Positions 39,975 to 49,900 of a DNA stretch of 64,000 nt are shown here, piece after piece. Source of the stretch: Candidatus Latescibacterota bacterium (GTDB lineage Bacteria > Latescibacterota > UBA2968); NCBI GenBank assembly GCA_965204375.1, contig OZ241986.1:544001-608000 (forward strand), read 5' to 3'. The notes below the pieces were generated by a model. The model did no database searches. It had not been told where the DNA came from and saw nothing but the letters and a program-made list of their open reading frames with translations. Every line of letters begins with the position of its first letter. Positions within the stretch are counted from its first letter, which is position 1. Both the position numbers and the translations under genes were made by a program.

Positions 39975-41237
39975 CTACTCATTACTGGTGGTATCGGGCT
40001 GTGAGGTATTGATGGTATCGGGCCGTGGCGTATTGATAGTGTCAGATTGCGAGATATTGATAGTATCGGGTTGTGGCGTATTAATGGTATCAGGCTGTGG
40101 CGTATTGATAGTGTCGGGCTGTAGGGTTTGAAGTAAATCAGTCAATGATTTTATCTGATTGAACTGGACATTGCTTTCCCAACCGAGGATGGTTTGCAAA
40201 ATGCTTCGCCGCCCCACATAGATACGCAAATCAGCGGTAGATCCAAAGCTCAGGGCAATGGGGGTTTGTTTGACGGCGACTTCCAGGCCAAAGGTGCGAA
40301 CATTGCCTTCAATGACGGCATATCCGTGGACTTCTGATACTTCTCCATGACCGATAAACCCCTCGCGGTCGGTAAAGAGATTGCTCAATATTTCAACGGG
40401 CTGACCGGGGCGTACCTTCCACGCACTGGTTTCGGCCATCCAGGCACCGATGACTGTACCTTCGCCTTCTCCTGCGATGATCATGACAACGGCACCCTGA
40501 CTGGCCTGCATGCCCGGATAGAGATCCTGGCGGGCCACCACACCATTGACTGGCGCGCGCAGGGTTGCGCGTTCGAGGGCTTCGTGCGCGGCTTCGAGAT
40601 TGTGTTTTGCCTTGTCCAGAGATGCCTGGGTTTGGCGCATTGCCGCTTCGGCCTGTTGGATTTCAGCGGGCAGGGGACCGCGTCTTACCAGGTTGAGATT
40701 TTCGAGTTCGACTTTTAAGCTGGCCTCAGCGAGGTCGTAATTGGTTTTGGCGCGTTCGTAGTCTTCCTGACTGAAGAGCCGCTGGCCTTCATAGAGAGCC
40801 TGGGCGCGTTTGAGGTCCTGTTGCCGAGCTGTGAGGTTGATGCGTGCTTGCTCAACGCGCGATTCGGCTATTTTGATTTCTTCGGGGGTTGGCTGTGCGC
40901 GCAGCAGGGCAAGTCGCGCCTGTGCAGCTTCGAGGTTGGCCATTTCCCGTTTGATCTCTTGTTCGGCGGTTGCTGCAGCTGCTCTCAAATCGCCGTCGTA
41001 GAGCCGCGCGACGGGTTGACCGGCTATGACGGAGTCGCCGGGTTCTGCGAGGATTTCGTGGATGTCCTGGCTCATGGGCGAATTGATATATATTTTGTCT
41101 CCTGGTTCTACAATGCCTTGAGCCATCACGATATCGTCAATCTGGATCAGTGCAAGGGCGAGTGCAATGGCCCCAATTACACCGAAGACCCAGAGTAGCC
41201 ATTTGACTATTCTGCCTTTTCGGCGACGACGCATCAT
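39975..41237 (-). CDS. HlyD family secretion/efflux membrane fusion protein
   Basis: N-terminal TM anchor, PGDSVIAGQPV lipoyl half-motif, long coiled coil, LRAPVNGVV. Confidence 0.85.
   Translation of the reverse strand: MMRRRRKGRIVKWLLWVFGVIGAIALALALIQIDDIVMAQGIVEPGDKIYINSPMSQDIHEILAEPGDSVIAGQPVARLYDGDLRAAAATAEQEIKREMANLEAAQARLALLRAQPTPEEIKIAESRVEQARINLTARQQDLKRAQALYEGQRLFSQEDYERAKTNYDLAEASLKVELENLNLVRRGPLPAEIQQAEAAMRQTQASLDKAKHNLEAAHEALERATLRAPVNGVVARQDLYPGMQASQGAVVMIIAGEGEGTVIGAWMAETSAWKVRPGQPVEILSNLFTDREGFIGHGEVSEVHGYAVIEGNVRTFGLEVAVKQTPIALSFGSTADLRIYVGRRSILQTILGWESNVQFNQIKSLTDLLQTLQPDTINTPQPDTINTPQPDTINISQSDTINTPRPDTINTSQPDTTSNE
39984..40121 (-). repeat. 24-bp tandem repeat encoding (Q/R)PDTINTP-like octapeptide, about 6 copies
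   Basis: QPDTINTP QPDTINTP QPDTINIS QSDTINTP RPDTINTS QPDT at the HlyD C-terminus. Confidence 0.9.
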
Positions 41238-41259
41238 GGGATTATTTTTTTCCTTTTGC

Positions 41260-41287
41260 TTGACAGATTTTGGCAGAATGGTATATT
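41260..41287 (+). promoter_or_regulatory. tRNA-Lys promoter
   Basis: TTGACA-16bp-TATATT with extended -10 TG. Confidence 0.7.
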
Positions 41288-41314
41288 TTACAATTCTATA
41301 CCAAAATCCTGGAT

Positions 41315-41387
41315 GGGCGCGTAGCTCAGGCGGTAGAGCAACGGCCTTTTAAGCCGTGGGTCGCAGGTTCGAATCCTGCCGCGCTCA
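41315..41387 (+). tRNA. tRNA-Lys(TTT)
   Basis: Full cloverleaf: GGGCGCG acceptor stem, ACGGC-CTTTTAA-GCCGT anticodon arm, GCAGG-TTCGAAT-CCTGC T arm; CCA not encoded (followed by CTA). Confidence 0.97.
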
Positions 41388-41400
41388 CTATTACAAAACG

Positions 41401-41432
41401 GCCCTGAATCACAATGATTTCAGGGCTTTTTT
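41401..41432 (+). terminator. Intrinsic terminator after tRNA-Lys
   Basis: GCCCTGAA...TTCAGGGC followed by T6. Confidence 0.8.
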
Positions 41433-41542
41433 CGCGCCCCTTGCGAGTAAATATAGTAAATAAATCTATTATATTGTTTTGCAAAGGTCAAGAAAGTTAT
41501 AAATAAAAATTATGATTTGGGACCGCTATATGGCGAGGTAAC

Positions 41543-41571
41543 TTGACATCACAACGGGTATTAAATATATT
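41543..41571 (+). promoter_or_regulatory. cysH promoter
   Basis: TTGACA-17bp-TATATT. Confidence 0.7.
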
Positions 41572-41598
41572 GTGGATCAACGAACTCAAGAATAGGAG

Positions 41599-42345
41599 AT
41601 GTTTGTGCTTACCCGAGAAAAATTAAACGCGCAGTCCCTGGCTTTTGAAACGGCAGCTCTGGAAGATATTTTGATCTGGGCATGGGAGACGTTGGGGTCT
41701 CGCGTGGCGTTTGGTACTGCTTTTGGTGCCAGCGGCATGGTTTTGCTCGACGTGATGCAAAAGGTTGCGCCGCAAATTCCCGTATTTACAATTGACACGG
41801 GTTTTCTGTTTCCCGAAACTCTGAGTTTGATCGACCGCGTGGAGGCACGATATGGGATTGAGACTGAGCGGGTGCATTCCCGTTTGAGTGTTGAAGAGCA
41901 AGCGCGTGATTACGGTGATGAACTCTACAAGCGGGATGCCGACCGCTGTTGCTGGTTGCGAAAAGTCGAGCCTTTGCAACGCAAGTTGTCCCGGTTGAAT
42001 GGCTGGATTAATAGCCGCCGGCGAGATCAGGGCGATACCCGCAGCCAAATTTCCATTCTGGAATATTATGAGACAGATGGTCGCGCGTTGCTCAAATTGA
42101 ATCCCATGGCACCGTGGACGCGCAAACAGGTCTGGGATTATATTACTGAACACGATGTGCCCTATAATCCCTTGATGGATCAGGGCTTTGCCACGATAGG
42201 GTGCTGGCCCTGCACCAAAGCTGTGGATGCAGATGTAGATGAACGCGCCGGTCGCTGGGCGGGTTCAGATAAGACAGAGTGCGGTATTCACACTTTTTTG
42301 CAGCCGATTGATGCGGCGGTTAATCCCGTGCCTGTTGAATCTTGA
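41599..42345 (+). CDS. cysH: (Phospho)adenylyl-sulfate reductase, [4Fe-4S] type (likely APS reductase)
   Basis: IDTGFLFPET, RCCWLRKVEPL, IGCWPCT, RAGRW, ECGIH. Confidence 0.95.
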   Translation: MFVLTREKLNAQSLAFETAALEDILIWAWETLGSRVAFGTAFGASGMVLLDVMQKVAPQIPVFTIDTGFLFPETLSLIDRVEARYGIETERVHSRLSVEEQARDYGDELYKRDADRCCWLRKVEPLQRKLSRLNGWINSRRRDQGDTRSQISILEYYETDGRALLKLNPMAPWTRKQVWDYITEHDVPYNPLMDQGFATIGCWPCTKAVDADVDERAGRWAGSDKTECGIHTFLQPIDAAVNPVPVES

Positions 42346-42379
42346 CTTAGAAGGTCAAGAATAGTATTATTTTTTAATC

Positions 42380-42404
42380 GCGGCCCTCTCGTGGGGTCGT
42401 TTTT
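42380..42404 (+). terminator. Probable terminator after cysH
   Basis: GCGGCCC...GGGGTCGT followed by a T run. Confidence 0.55.
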
Positions 42405-42490
42405 CGTATATGGAAGTACGTGGGGGAATACTCTGAGAGAAAGAATTACTATGTCCAGCATCATGTCCGAAATCGTACAGGAGGCACGTC

Positions 42491-42976
42491 ATGGTGTCTA
42501 ATAGCGAGCGCAAGTATTATGACCGTTTTCTTCAAAACAATTTGCTGAGTCAGCGTTACCGCATCAAATTAAGCGATGGAGAAACGCTGGTAGGTGTTCC
42601 AAAAGCATATAGTGTCGTTAACCTTGAAAATCCAACGTTTTTTATTAACGGTTCAGAGTTTTCTTTACGCGACGTTGTAGAGGCGAAAGAGATATCTGAT
42701 ATTACAATTTACGCGACCAAACAACTGGATGGCTATACTTGTGGACTTGACCCCAGGAGCAAAGCAGCCATAAGAGCTCAAATTCCCCAAGAGTCGGTCC
42801 CGGTTACAAGCGTGTTTATTTCTTGTGATACCAAATCGGATTTTGAGAGTCTTCATGGTTCAGTTTGGAAACATATTGCAGAGCTTTTAACGAGCCTTTC
42901 AGAAGAAAAATTGCAAGAACTTGGCAAGGTCGTATTTGTAGATTCAAAGACGATGAAAGTATTATTTGAGCTTTGA
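42491..42976 (+). CDS. Hypothetical protein
   Basis: 161-aa ORF with AGGAGG RBS; no motif recognised. Confidence 0.7.
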   Translation: MVSNSERKYYDRFLQNNLLSQRYRIKLSDGETLVGVPKAYSVVNLENPTFFINGSEFSLRDVVEAKEISDITIYATKQLDGYTCGLDPRSKAAIRAQIPQESVPVTSVFISCDTKSDFESLHGSVWKHIAELLTSLSEEKLQELGKVVFVDSKTMKVLFEL

Positions 42977-42983
42977 GAGCGAC

Positions 42984-43475
42984 ATGTCTAAAAGAGCCAA
43001 TCTTTATACGGGTAGAGCAGGTCATCTTGCGGTTATGGCCGAACTTCTTCTTCGCGGGTGGAACACAGCCATTCCAGAAGTAGATGTGGGTGACGACATT
43101 TTTGTAGTACGCGATAGCGATGGGAACCTGCAACGCGTACAGGTAAAGACTGCTGTAGCAAAACCGTTGAAGTCTGGAGCACATAATGCACTATTCAATC
43201 TTTCGCTCTCGCAACTTAGTACGCCAGTAAATCCAGAAGTAATTTACGTTTTTGCAGTTCGACTTCACAGTCATTGGGATGCTTTTGTGGTGATTGACAG
43301 GGAAACTTTAAGAGAAACTTTAGCTGAGGAACTCAGTGGGTCTCACATTCAGATCAGAAGCGCCGACAGGCTCTTATTGCGGTTGCGTTTCACGGGCACA
43401 GGTGTCACTTGTGGGCAAAGCGACTTATCGCAATACAGAAATAACTGGACGCGCTTTCCCATCGTTGAGCACTGA
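42984..43475 (+). CDS. PD-(D/E)XK-superfamily nuclease-like protein
   Basis: GRAGHLAVMAELLLRGWN...VDVGDD...RVQVKT restriction-like motif. Confidence 0.7.
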   Translation: MSKRANLYTGRAGHLAVMAELLLRGWNTAIPEVDVGDDIFVVRDSDGNLQRVQVKTAVAKPLKSGAHNALFNLSLSQLSTPVNPEVIYVFAVRLHSHWDAFVVIDRETLRETLAEELSGSHIQIRSADRLLLRLRFTGTGVTCGQSDLSQYRNNWTRFPIVEH

Positions 43476-43492
43476 GGCTACAAAAAAATACC

Positions 43493-43717
43493 ATGTCCAC
43501 GATTATGTCTGAAATCATCTTTGAAGTCAGCGAGGATGAAGTTGATGGCGGATACTCCGCCAATGCACTGGGATATGGCATCCACACTGAGGGCGAAACG
43601 CTTGAGGAACTCCGGCAGAATGTCAAAGAAGCTGTCGAATGCTACTTTGATGAAACGATGAAACGCCCTGGATTGATTCGTCTGCACTTCGTTCATGATG
43701 AAGTCCTTGCGCTATGA
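43493..43717 (+). CDS. HicB-like antitoxin
   Basis: EIIFEV...GGYSANALG...TEGETLEELRQNVKEAVECYF...IRLHFV. Confidence 0.8.
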   Translation: MSTIMSEIIFEVSEDEVDGGYSANALGYGIHTEGETLEELRQNVKEAVECYFDETMKRPGLIRLHFVHDEVLAL

Positions 43718-43806
43718 AATTATCTCCAAGAAGCTTTCCCATAGAGGGAGGGCTGCGAGTAATGTTCAACTGCGATAGCAGTTCAACCTTCCCCAGAGAA
43801 AATTGA
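43714..43806 (+). pseudogene. Probable disrupted hicA toxin start
   Basis: ATGA overlap with the hicB stop, reads MKLSPR (HicA partners typically start MKLPRD), then unrelated sequence and a stop after 30 codons. Confidence 0.45.
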
Positions 43807-43809
43807 ACC

Positions 43810-44208
43810 ATGATACAGTATTACTATAAGCAGTACGGCGCGAACAGGGTTAAGCTCATGTCGGAATCACTTGACGATGCAATGGAGAGATCACCAAGCC
43901 ACTTGATCCTGTGCATACATGCGAAGAACCAGTTGGGTCGGGCAAACACTATTACCAATGCCTTGCCGAATAACTTAGTAAAGGCCCTATAGAAAAATAA
44001 TAGGGGTATCTATCGGCAGCGGAATATGCATCTCTTGACAAATAGAATAACTCCATCTGTGCAGGGAGGCGTAGCAATTGCGCCATTTATCAATCTCGAT
44101 TTCCTTCCTCGTATAGAATACTGTGCCCCTGGTGCAATTATCTATATTCCTTGGGGGAAAAATGATCTTTCTGCATACCAGGCTCAGACAAATGCCGAAG
44201 AAATATAA
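43810..44208 (+). pseudogene. Hypothetical gene split by one in-frame TAG
   Basis: ORFs 43810-43992 and 44026-44208 share a frame and are separated only by TAG (43990-43992) and 11 sense codons. Confidence 0.6.
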
Positions 44209-44295
44209 AAAGAGAAACGTCCCTCTCAATTGATTACAAAAATAGCGCGTCATTTGCGCTATCTCATTTTTACATATCAGGACATGAGGTACAAG

Positions 44296-46374
44296 ATGGA
44301 TTACAAAGAACTCAAAATGCATCAGACGGTTTTGTTGGATCTCTATAAATCCTTAGATAATGCCCTTGAGAAAGAGAGCGATGAAATTCCGGAAGACGTA
44401 AAGCAGAGTCAAGAGAATATCGCGGCGGAAAAATTTCTACTTGCCATCGTTGGGGAAGTAAAGGCGGGTAAATCAACCTTTATCAATGCAATTCTTGGAG
44501 AGGCAATATTACCTTATGACACCTTACAAGCTACCTCTGAAATAGTTGAAATATACCACTCTGAAAAAAAGGAAGTTCAAGTAACCTTTGCCAATGGTAA
44601 AACGCAAGCTGTTGAGGATGACCCACAAACACCCGAAAATGAAGCGGTACCATTTCTTAAAAAGATTGCTTCTGTCAATGAGGAATACCGTGGCATTCCA
44701 ATCGTTCAGGTCAATAGATTCTTGATTGATCATTATAGCGAATCAGAGGGAAAAGCTGTATTTGAAAAGTCGGAATTAGAGGATTTCATTTTTGACCCTG
44801 GGCTTGAAAATATATACAAATTGGAGACAGAGGTATTTGGAGACAAAATTCGCAAATATATTGCGAAGCATATTTCCTGTGATGAGATTTCCGAAAGGGT
44901 TACTCTCGGTTATCCACATGACTTTTCTGAGTTCAAGCATTTCAGGATTGTAGATACGCCGGGGATCAATGCAATTGGCGGTATAGAGAATCAAACGAAG
45001 GAGTTCATCAAACAAGCCGATGCGGTTATATATCTCCATAATGCAAATCAATTAGAAAGTAAAGCACTTCGCAATGCTTTGGAGAATGAACTTCCTAACA
45101 GGGTTAAAGATCGTCTGATACTCGTCCTGACCCATAGAAGCGAAAAATATTATCCTGGTGAAGATGAACATGAGAGAATATTGGAGGAGATCAAAAGGCT
45201 TTATCCTGAAATCGGATCAGGTGACATCTTTTTTGTGGATAGCTTGACTGAACTATATTTGAAAGCGTTCTATGGGAAATCAATGGATGAAATCAATGCT
45301 ATGCGGAGACAAGACGCGCAACTAAGAAGGCTAACTTCTGATTGTGTTGAGGTGGCTGATGGTAATGCCTATGGTCTTCTTGAGCTATTAGAAGAGCAGT
45401 CCAATTTCAAGGAGATTCGCAAAAGAATCGAAAGAGATGCACAAAATTCCGCTTCTATACAAATGAAGGATTTTGCCAGTGACATACAAGAGCAATATGA
45501 AGTTCTTGACAATAAAATTAGCGGACGGATAGAACCTCTCAAAGTGAAATATCAAGCCCCTCAGTCTTTTGCATCGGAGATACAGAAGCAGAAACATGAA
45601 ATGGATACAATGAGAAGTGATTACAATAATTTTACATCTGAGCTGATTGCAGAATTCTCTTCTCGCGATATGAACAGCAGGTATTATCAAAAAATAGAGC
45701 AAATAGTAAATAAATATCGCAATGAGATTAACCAAAAAAAATTCAATCCAGACCATCACAAACAAAAAACCGTTGAGGCTTATGTGGAGACATTGAGAGA
45801 TAATTATGGTGATGAAATGACTAAGTTCGTTGATTCACTAAAGGCAGACTTCAAAAAAAGAATAGCGGATAGAGATTTTGAAGTACAAAGTGATTACTCA
45901 ATAACCGTGCCAAAGATATCAGTAGGTAGTGTATGGGAGAAAGCATTAAATACAGCTAACAAAAAAATAAAAAAGCAAGTAGATAAAGTGGACAGCGATC
46001 AAGGTCTTTTAAGTACCCTTTTCCACTTTTTGACGCTGTTTATATTTGATGAGAGTGATGAAAAAAAAGAAAAAATAAGGAAAAAATTTCCACAGCAGCT
46101 TTGGAAAGAGATGCAATCGCCGTTTGTAAAACAATTAGACACACATCTGACACGAATGCAGGAAAATATTGATCAGTTAATAAATGATTTTTGTAAACAT
46201 TATCAGTCTAAATTCAATGGAGAACTTCTGGAACGAAAACGGTATGTGGAAAAACTTGAGAACGAGAAAAAAACAAGTGAGGAATTAGAAAAAGAGATTT
46301 CAACCTTAGAGACGCAAAAAAAAACGATCGAGGACAATATCGAGATGTGTATAAAAATCAGAGGGGAGTTGTGA
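44296..46374 (+). CDS. Dynamin-like GTPase
   Basis: G1 GEVKAGKST, G3 DTPG, G4-like LTHRSE, helical coiled-coil C-terminus with hydrophobic paddle LLSTLFHFLTLFIF. Confidence 0.88.
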   Translation: MDYKELKMHQTVLLDLYKSLDNALEKESDEIPEDVKQSQENIAAEKFLLAIVGEVKAGKSTFINAILGEAILPYDTLQATSEIVEIYHSEKKEVQVTFANGKTQAVEDDPQTPENEAVPFLKKIASVNEEYRGIPIVQVNRFLIDHYSESEGKAVFEKSELEDFIFDPGLENIYKLETEVFGDKIRKYIAKHISCDEISERVTLGYPHDFSEFKHFRIVDTPGINAIGGIENQTKEFIKQADAVIYLHNANQLESKALRNALENELPNRVKDRLILVLTHRSEKYYPGEDEHERILEEIKRLYPEIGSGDIFFVDSLTELYLKAFYGKSMDEINAMRRQDAQLRRLTSDCVEVADGNAYGLLELLEEQSNFKEIRKRIERDAQNSASIQMKDFASDIQEQYEVLDNKISGRIEPLKVKYQAPQSFASEIQKQKHEMDTMRSDYNNFTSELIAEFSSRDMNSRYYQKIEQIVNKYRNEINQKKFNPDHHKQKTVEAYVETLRDNYGDEMTKFVDSLKADFKKRIADRDFEVQSDYSITVPKISVGSVWEKALNTANKKIKKQVDKVDSDQGLLSTLFHFLTLFIFDESDEKKEKIRKKFPQQLWKEMQSPFVKQLDTHLTRMQENIDQLINDFCKHYQSKFNGELLERKRYVEKLENEKKTSEELEKEISTLETQKKTIEDNIEMCIKIRGEL

Positions 46375-46994
46375 TGGAACTCATCTACACTGAGCACATA
46401 TTCGCTGATATAGAATCTCTGGTACAAAAAATTGAAACGTATTTCAATGATCTTGACTCAGAGAAGATCGAAAGCGAAGTATTTGCATCGAGAATCGCTA
46501 ATGAGTTGGCTACCCGTCTCGAAAATATCAATGGCGTAATCCAGACAACACTGCTGACATATCTGGACAAAGATGCGCGAAAAGAGATTTCAGACTGGGG
46601 GCCAGCGGATCAGAATCGGTACTATGATAAGGGAATCCGCGAAAAGGTCTCATCACAAATTTGTGAGACAGATTCCTTTTCTCCTAAAGTTTGGCCCAAG
46701 AAATACATCAAAATTGCTTCTGGTGTTGTTGCTGCCGGAGGACTCTATCGCGCCTTTTCATCTCCTGTTTCCTTATCTTCTGGGATGTTTATTTCTGGGA
46801 TGTTTATTGTCGTTGTGGCAGCAGGTATGTTTTTTTTAATTCCTCGTGTCGTGGATAAGCACAATAAGAGTAAGACTTTAGAGGAATTGGGTGCTTATCT
46901 TGATGCTGTCGAAAAAAGATACAAAGACCAGGCCCAAGAAGTTATTGATGAGTATGTCTCTCTATTCAACGAAATAATACCTAAAAAGGAATAA
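46374..46994 (+). CDS. Small membrane protein with two hydrophobic segments, coupled to the dynamin gene
   Basis: TGATG overlap with the dynamin stop; helical N-terminus, IASGVVAAGGLY and MFIVVVAAGMFFLI segments, coiled C-terminus. Confidence 0.8.
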   Translation: MELIYTEHIFADIESLVQKIETYFNDLDSEKIESEVFASRIANELATRLENINGVIQTTLLTYLDKDARKEISDWGPADQNRYYDKGIREKVSSQICETDSFSPKVWPKKYIKIASGVVAAGGLYRAFSSPVSLSSGMFISGMFIVVVAAGMFFLIPRVVDKHNKSKTLEELGAYLDAVEKRYKDQAQEVIDEYVSLFNEIIPKKE

Positions 46995-46999
46995 GGACA

Positions 47000-49900
47000 G
47001 TGGCAAATCTGAACGATAAATCATTAGCCCTTGAAAGACCAAAGGTTCTATCCCAAGAAGATGGTGCCAAAGAACTTGAAGAAATTTTCTCAGAACTTCT
47101 TCCTTGGGCTATCGAAGCAAAAGATGATGCTGCACTTTTAAGAGAGAATACCATACAAAGTCGAGATGACATTGAAACATTTCTCGGTTCCATTTATTTG
47201 TTCCATGTTGGAGAAATTTCTATTTCCACAGAAACCCAGGATGCAGCTGACTTGATCTATAAAAGACACCAGGCCGCAATTATTGCCGCCTATCAGTCAG
47301 GCTATACACTTACGACGATCATTGCGGGAAATGGTGGTACTGTTGATATTTTTCTCGGAGTATGTAGTGAAGAGGATCGGGATGTGAAAGATGTGTTCAG
47401 TGAGCAATTGCAGGGAATTTATCCCGGAAAAGGCATTAAATTTGTGGATGAATCTATAAAGGATAGGCTGGAAAAAAAGAAATATGAACATGGCGGAGTT
47501 CTTACAGGTATCCCGACACAGAAAATAGACGAAGAAAAGCAGACATTCGATCTATCTTCGGTGATAAGAAGCATGAATGGTCAGGAATTTCTTCTTGCGA
47601 TTGTTTTCCGCCCCATTGAAAAAAAGCATGAAGCTACAGAACAACTTCTCAAATTAATGGAGTTAAAAGATCTGTGCCATGCATTGGCAAACAGGAGAAT
47701 CAGTGTCGATGAGAATGTAAGTGAAAGTGGGAGTCAATCTGACAGTAAAGGTAAAAGTGGGGGGCAGTCGAAATCACCAAACATTTTCAAATCATTTGTA
47801 CAAAGTCTTTGGTCTGGGCTGCAAACAGATACCGAAGGCTGGTCTAAAACGACAATAAATACTGAAGGCTGGTCAAAAAGTAGCGGGCGAAGTTTTTCTC
47901 TTGAACAGCCAGACACTTTTGCGATGGAGTTGGAAAATATCGCGGATAAGTTGATCACCCGATTGCGCAATGGTCTAAACATCGGACTTTGGGAAAGTTT
48001 TATCACCTACGCGACCACATCCTCCACGGCTGCGCAGATTTTATCTGGCACTTTGGCAGGAGAACTGATCAAGGCTGATCCTGAAGCACTGCCTATGCGA
48101 AATGTTGCCGGTCAACTATCTCCTGCCGTTCCGCTCTATATTCCCAGAAAGCGGGATGGAAAATCTCTTATCGAAGGTAATAAATTGTTGTCGTTCGTGT
48201 CGAGCGATGAAGCAGCACTGCTCATGGCTCCTCCGCTTTCTTCTGTCCCTGGCTATGATATCCGCGTCAAGCCCGCATTGAGTCTGACAGACACTACAGA
48301 CCATAGGGGGCATCCAATTGGGCGTATTTCTGAACATGGAAGGGAAGTGCAAGACTCTGAGTTTAAAATATCAAAAGAGGATGTCCGAAAGCATATCTTT
48401 GTTTCTGGTCTTACTGGCTCGGGTAAGACGACGACGGTTAAGCACATTCTAAATTGTATTGATGATACGTCCTTTCTGGTGATTGAATCCGCCAAGAGAG
48501 AATACCGCAGATTATTGAGAGAGGAGAAATACGATGAAAGACTCGACGTCTATACCGTTGGAGATGCAAATATTTCACCGATACGCCACAATCCTTTTAT
48601 GGTGCTTCCTGGGGTGTCACTCATCATCCATATTGACAATCTCAAATCCATTTTTTACGCGAGTTTTTCACTCTATGGGCCTATGCCCTATATCCTCGAA
48701 AAATGTATTTACAACATCTACGAGGACCGTGGATGGAATCTGACTACGGGCAAACACCAGCGCGTCACAATAGAAACTTTTGAGGATTGCAATAATCACC
48801 GCTTTATCTATCCTACGATTAGAGACTTGATTGATGAAGTGAACCGATATGTGGAGGATGAATTGGAATATGACGGGGAACTTAAGGACAATATCCGCAG
48901 TGCGATTGTCGCCCGTCTTGAATCCCTGGCCGTTGGCGCAAAAGGGTTTCTCTTTAACACACATGAGGCGATTGACATAAAGGATTTTCTAAATAGAAAC
49001 GTTGTGCTTGAACTCGAGTCTCTTTCCGATGATGACGATAAAGCATTCTTTGTCGGTTTGATACTTGCTTTGGTAAGCGAATATCGACAATCTAATGCCC
49101 GTCAAAGCGAGAGCGTTCAGGATACCAGGGATGCCAGGGATGATCTACGGCATGTGTTGGTTATTGAAGAAGCGCACAGGTTGCTTAAAAACGTACAGAC
49201 TGAGCGCACCCATGAAATGCTGGGCAATCCCAAAGGGAAGGCCGTGGAGTCTTTCTGCAATCTCATTGCCGAGATGCGGTCTTATGGTCAGGGTGTGATT
49301 GTTGCAGAGCAAATCCCCACCAAAATAGCCCCTGATGTGATCAAGAATACCAATACCAAAATTATTCACAGGCTCGTTTCTCTGGATGACCAGATTGCCG
49401 TAGGTACGGGATTGGGGTTGGATGAACACGAATGTCGATATCTAAACCAGCTTTCTGCGGGCACGGCACTCGCGCATAAAGAAGGGATGTCAAAACCTGT
49501 TGAAATCTCCGTCTTCAACGAACTGCGGAATGATCCGATGGGAGACATACGAATCAAACGTTTTGGTAGTGAACGCACCCCAAATTTGCCATCGGAATTG
49601 GCACTACACGAAAGCGGACTGCTGGAGAGCCAGCATCTGAGAGCGATTGCTCTCAGATTGGTCAATTCGTTTTTTATGTCAGATATTGAACTCAACAACC
49701 TATTGTCTGATGCAATAACGACAGTCAAAAAAGGAGAGCAACTTACGTATGTAAAGGATGAAACTATAGAACATGCTTTGAAGGAACGGTTTTATCGAAT
49801 TTTATTTTCAGCAACTTTGGGTTTTGTAAATGAAAAAGCGATTGATGAAGAGATTTTAAAGATTTTTAATCGGCTTTGGCAGGATCGTGATCGTTTTGAT

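Noticed and set aside
39984-40121. Tandem repeats here and at 61666-61727 as CRISPR arrays
   Set aside because: No unique spacers, units too short or protein-coding, and no cas genes.
43990-43992. Pyrrolysine or genetic-code reassignment of TAG
   Set aside because: Other genes in the window end normally at TAG, and no pyl genes are visible; a nonsense mutation is simpler.
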